64,000 nucleotides of DNA from Schizosaccharomyces osmophilus. Taxonomy: Eukaryota. Position numbers and translations under genes: made by a program. Positions 59,207-64,000 of this stretch are shown here, piece after piece; the stretch's first letter is position 1, and every line of letters starts with the position of its first letter. The notes below the pieces were generated by a model. The model was not told the origin of the DNA. It saw only the letters and a list, made by a program, of their open reading frames with translations, and ran no database searches. The DNA lies in assembly GCF_027921745.1 (NCBI RefSeq), contig NC_079238.1, forward strand, positions 4,898,001 to 4,962,000, read 5' to 3'.

Positions 59207-60899
59207 TTATGCAATAACACAGCAGAGTTTTTCTAATTTTGATTTCTTTTTCTTTTTCGGGACATGGGTAGTCGCCTTTGGAGTTTGTTGGTTAATCGGT
59301 GCTGTTTGAGGAACTGGTGCTGGCTCAGGAGCTGCAAAATTTCGAAGCTCAGAATCTGAAGCAACCCCACCCTTTTCTCGTGTTTGAGGGTGTGTGGATC
59401 TTTGACGGAGCGAATCATTGTAGTCGGAAACAATAGAAACATCTTCCTGGGGTGAAGGATTCGCGTTCGATTTTGGGTTAGTACGGAATGGGGAACCTTT
59501 TGAAAACCGGGGATTCTCACTTGCGTAAGGAGCAGGTGAGTTGGTGGATTCGGTACGCGAAGAAGGATTGTAGACATTTGACGCAGAAGCTTCTTTTTGA
59601 TGACTACTGTCTAAATCATCATCAACGCTGCTTAAGTGAAGTTTGAAAAATAAATCACTATTATTTGGCAGAGGTTGGAAGGAATTGACAGAACGTGAAA
59701 GAGCGTCGGATGACGCGGCGCTAGTATTGTCGGCAGGATGAGAGCTGGCCTCATAGGTGTTTGGAGTATGCATACCCGAATCCATTAGTTGATTCTCTTG
59801 TTTCTCTGAAGACGGAGAAGTAGGGTTTGAAGGCAACGGTGGCATAGGTGACTCTCGAGGGTTCCGTTTATTGAGGGTTCGAGCAGGCGAGTATGTAGCT
59901 GCAGATTTCATGGCTTCATATTCTTCAGATTGGGATGGAGAAGGTGCTGGAACAGAATAAGGTCTGGATTTTGATGAATCGGCCGGCGAAGCAGTTGATT
60001 GTTGCAAAGGCCAAGCAGCATGTTTGCTGTTAATCTTTGGTATGGGAATATCTCTAGGAGGATTTTCCAAGTGTGAAACAGCGCGCATTGTATTCTTTGA
60101 GAGCTGAGCAATAGATCGTTCCAACCTTTCCATGGTGAAATTCAGTCTCGAATCTAGAGTAGATGTATCTAACAGTGCTGGAGAAGCACTCTTTACTTTG
60201 TTGGCATACCGCTGACGGTTTTGAACCTGGGAAAGCTCTAAATAGCGTCTTCTTGTTTCAGTACCAACATCAAATGCTCGGTAATTGGGATTTACATTTA
60301 TGGCAGGGACTGCAGACAAACTGTCAGGCGAGGCAGATTCACGATCCTTTTGATTGCTTGGGAAAAATGAAAACTTCTTTTTTTGGTGCAATGAAGGAGA
60401 GTTCAAATCGATGATTTCCTTGTTTGAAGAAGTAAAAGAATGTAGAGGAACCGAACCTGGGGTCGGGCCCGACGAAGTAAAAGGTCTCCTTATGTTATTA
60501 TAGACCTTTAAAGGAGAATTACTTTCCTCATTCGTGATGGGTACATCAGAAACGTTTGGAAAAATCTCTGTTTTCATCACAAGGCCATCATCGTGGATAA
60601 CATCAGGAGCCTCGTCGACATCCGAAAGCTCATTGAGTGGAAGAGCAGTTGTTGTTTTTGGTCTTGATTCTTGGATATTCTATACAATTGGATGCATACT
60701 CATAGGTCCATCTCACAAAAGGACCCATGAGACATCAACGTTAGTCATTACAATCTAAATAATCTAGAAATATTGAACAGATGAAGCCATAAAAACATAA
60801 TTCCAAGCTTCATAGATTCAAAGTTAATGTATCACTTACTTCTTGAAAGTTTGGTCTCCAAAAGGAAGGGATCGAAGAATCCGTAGCTAAAACAGACAT
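59207..60899 (-). CDS. mod5: Tea1-anchoring prenylated cell-tip protein Mod5. Exons 60899-60840 and 60679-59207 (about 510 aa)
   Basis: Polybasic tail plus CaaX (KKKKKSKLEKLCCVIA); core LDSRLNFTMERLERSIAQLSKNT. Exon 1 MSVLATDSSIPSFWRPNFQE|GTAAGT splices in phase 0 to NIQESRP. Confidence 0.9.
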
Positions 60900-61903
60900 A
60901 CAAGGAAGGAATATAAATGATAGACTTTAATAGAAAGCAAACTTAACAAAAAACGCGAGATTTGAAGTTTTTCTAATTCTATATGGTTCGCTGAGAAAAG
61001 CGCGTCTCAGCTGAGGTGAAGGCCTTTGAAAATGACAAAGTCAACAAAGGAGAGTACTCAAATTGAAAGAGTCTAACTCTTTTGGATGAAAAATTACAAT
61101 GGTTTAGCTAAATAAAATTTAGAGTCGTGTTTTCTGTTGCAAATCGACTTTACTGAACAGTTTGTGAAAGTACGAATTCATAGGAACGCGTTTAATTTCA
61201 ATCGGAGGAGGGTTATGAAACAAAATTCGGTGTGACACGTCTTAAAGCTTTGGAACCTACGAAGAAAACGCGTTGATCAGGCCTTACGTTTGATGAAAGT
61301 CAACATCCTCTTTCCTCTGAAGAAAGAAGAGATACAAACCATCTATTGACGAACATTGCTGAAAAGGGAAGGAAAAAATTGTACTCTTCCCTTGCTCTCA
61401 TGGGTCAATTCATCAGTCTGAAACGTCGCGTTTTCAAACATTCAACCGAAAACGGATTAAGAAATCAATGAAACTTGCTGCAAATTTTCAGTCGTTCCTG
61501 AAAATGGTAAAAAGAATGCATAAGGGAACTTTTATAAGCTATAGAAAGACCAGGTAGCAGAATGAGAGGTTTGCTTCTTGACATTTGAATCTTTTATTAA
61601 CGCACCATATTATTAACTTAAAACTTCACGTACTCATAACTTTCTTCCAGCAACAACAAGCGAGCATAGCGATTGCTGGCTTCGTTCATTGCCTTGTCTT
61701 TTGGTACCCTAAGACTGACCATAGAATTAACCAAACTTTCAATAGCGGACGACTTTGGCAGGATTCCACGTTCTAAGCTTAAAAAATACACAATCAAGAA
61801 AGAAACACAAGGGATTCAGCTACCCTGTGAGTCGTAAAGTGCCTATAGCAAGGATATCAAATTGTTTTGATCACTACCTTGGTACTATAACCTTTGCCGA
61901 GAG

Positions 61904-62539
61904 ATGAATTCGTACCTTTTAGGTTTCCATTCTTTGGAAAAACGTTATTGGGTTTCTTTCATTGTGGTTTCTGTCACGGTTCTACTAGGCATAGTCATTC
62001 GGAAGAAGACCCAAAAGACTGAAGAAACTATCGTCGTCAAGTACCAAGATGAGCGGCTAAGGTTTGTTTTTCGACAACCAAGACTCTCCAAGGTTTCTTA
62101 CTTAAATCTTCTTCAGCGGGTTTGCAAAGCCTTTGGGGTTGTTCCTGAAAAGGTATATTTGGAGTTTGATGGAAAAGAGCTTCAAGATGTCTCTCTTGCC
62201 CAACAATATATAAGAGATGGATCTGTATTACATTTAAAGCCACATCCTCTTAGTCCTGCCTCACAGCAAATTGAAGCGTATAAAGCAGACCTGCAAAAGA
62301 ACGTTCTTCCCCTTGTGCAGCAATTTTGCTCCTCTCCTCCCTCTGATGCGCAAGCGGTTCAAGACGAACATGTTCGTCTTACAGAGACTTTGCTTGGCAG
62401 AATGATTCGCCTTGATGCTATTGATGTTCAGGACGAGCCTGATACACGTTTAAAGCGAAAAGAAACTGTCCGATGGACACAAGGGTTTTTCCAGGAACTA
62501 GATATAACGAAATCTAACTCTCTAAAAGGGTTGAAATAA
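61904..62539 (+). CDS. bag102: BAG-family Hsp70 co-chaperone Bag102 (N-terminal TM, ubiquitin-like domain, BAG domain)
   Basis: TM segment WVSFIVVSVTVLLGIVI; UBL (FDGKEL...DGSVLHL); BAG (LTETLLGRMIRLDAIDV...RLKRKETV). Confidence 0.9.
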   Translation: MNSYLLGFHSLEKRYWVSFIVVSVTVLLGIVIRKKTQKTEETIVVKYQDERLRFVFRQPRLSKVSYLNLLQRVCKAFGVVPEKVYLEFDGKELQDVSLAQQYIRDGSVLHLKPHPLSPASQQIEAYKADLQKNVLPLVQQFCSSPPSDAQAVQDEHVRLTETLLGRMIRLDAIDVQDEPDTRLKRKETVRWTQGFFQELDITKSNSLKGLK

Positions 62540-62858
62540 CATTTTTTGGACCTGTTTGCGTCTAAATTGACTAGATAATCTGCTCACTAAAACTATATGC
62601 ATTGCTTTTGCTTTTCACGACTCAATATTACTTCTTTTTCATACTTTCAAAACTTCACAGCATCTTTTTTTACACTTTCGTATGCATAAATTCTGTTGTG
62701 AACAACATATGTTTACTAAAGCATTTTCCTTCTATGCCGTAAACGGAATTTACAACCTGCTTCGAACTCTTTATATGGAAAGCCAGGTCCATTCATTTTC
62801 TCTTTACCACTATTGAATTCTTTCCTTTTTCTCAGTAAAAATCCCGAATTTTATACCT

Positions 62859-63215
62859 ATGGTAAGAACCAAATTAAATAAGAAGAATTAACGGAGGGTA
62901 GACCGCCATATTCAATTTTCAAAGTTTGTTGTCGGTGCTCTTGTTGACTGTCTGTACTTGTACCTACATTCACAGACAATTTCCCGCTTTATTTGATAAA
63001 AGAAAAGAAGGGTATGCCATATTTGGATTTGTAAAAGAAATATCATGGTTCTGACCGCTAATAGTGTAACTACCGTATTTTGGAAATGCGCGAGAATCGG
63101 TGAGCGTGCTAGTCCCGTATGTTTTTTTGCTTAGTAGAAATGCATCTTACCATATCAGTATATTTCTCTTTTCTGTGTTTTCATGGCCCTACGATTAATG
63201 CTTGGTTCCAGTTAA
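62859..63215 (+). CDS. ksh1: Kish/TMEM167 small secretory-pathway membrane protein, 73 aa. Exons 62859-62861, 62902-63011, 63065-63116, 63159-63215
   Basis: The spliced product MTAIFNFQSLLSVLLLTVCTCTYIHRQFPALFDKRKEGVTTVFWKCARIGERASPYISLFCVFMALRLMLGSS matches Kish signatures (AIFNFQSLL, CTCxY, FWKCARIGER.SPY). Three GT-AG introns of 40, 53 and 42 nt. Confidence 0.95.
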
Positions 63216-64000
63216 ACAATCCTGGAGGATTCTCCTTCATTTTAAGAAGCAGCAGAGAAACAGAAAACCAACCGCCTTAATGCTTATGATACAATAATTA
63301 TGACCATCTCTTTCTTTTGTACGGTAATTTTGGATTCTCATCTAAACCTGTACAAGTGATTTTTCTTTTGTACCATCTACATGAACACTCATTGTATGAA
63401 CAATGTGCGTTGTAGTATTTCAATGGATTATCTCTAGAAATTATCTTAACTATCTTCTCTATGATGTTCTTTTCTGCTTTTTACCATAAAATAAGATACC
63501 CAGTCTTTCGGATTGCCAATGGGCAAAGTTTCCAATCATGATTACAGAAAATATCTTTGATCGTCGGATAGAACATGATATCGTTATTGATTTTTGAAAG
63601 TAAAAGTTGATAGGATCTAACGTGAAGTGAGAAAAATTTGTTTGTTATGAAGAACGATTATGGTCACACTGGAGGTTTAGGATTTTCATTGCTTTTGAGC
63701 TATACAAGGGCCAGCGTTGTGCACTAATGGAATTAAATTGGATGAGTAGACTATTGTATTCAAAATCGATGCAACAAATCTTTACGGATAAGAATGATAG
63801 AGATTATGAAATGGATAAAAAAAAATATTGGAAGCTTAAAGTAATCGTCTTTAAAACAGATTCAGGTGAACAAAACTAGCACTTTAAACTTGACTCTTAT
63901 AAAATGGAGAGGCCCTTTTCGTTTTCACAAAATGAAGTACGCATAATGATACTGTATGAATTTTAGAATCGGTGTAATTTTCACAAAGTAAGAATAAATA

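Noticed and set aside
1..64000. Transposons, solo LTRs, wtf genes, 5S rDNA or CRISPR-like arrays
   Set aside because: I saw no RT/integrase ORF, LTR pair, 5S sequence or periodic repeat array; highly decayed remnants could be missed by eye.

Overview
Eukaryotic, intron-containing, gene-dense DNA from a fission yeast (Schizosaccharomyces). The proteins are clear orthologs of S. pombe chromosome II genes but appear diverged, so an octosporus/cryophilus/osmophilus-type relative is likely; the species cannot be fixed from this window. The left block (1 to about 24 kb) follows the S. pombe SPBC14C8/SPBC15C4 order: pol5, a sterol esterase/lipase, bot1, spt8, oca3/emc2, an ABC1 kinase, mrs6, an amino-acid permease, dhx29 and a PA-RING E3. 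The right block (about 26-64 kb) follows the SPBC530 order in inverted orientation: two DHA1 MFS transporters, dsk1, lsc1, pdf1, a fungal TF, anc1, mrl1, a Zn2Cys6 TF, TenA, clu1, prt1, mod5, bag102 and ksh1. There are two tRNA genes, Thr(AGT) and Glu(CTC). Exon structures were rebuilt by hand from GT/branch/AG signals. Ortholog names are from recall of S. pombe proteins and gene order, not from a database search. Best second-look items: (1) a strand-specific RNA stem in the mod5 intron that would bring a distant branch point next to its 3' splice site; (2) a four-exon Kish gene absent from the ORF track; (3) predicted 5'-UTR introns, including a back-to-back AG|GT junction; (4) a shared CGGCCGAAC motif in both MFS promoters; (5) seven CCAAT boxes upstream of anc1. 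No transposon, LTR or CRISPR-like array was seen.
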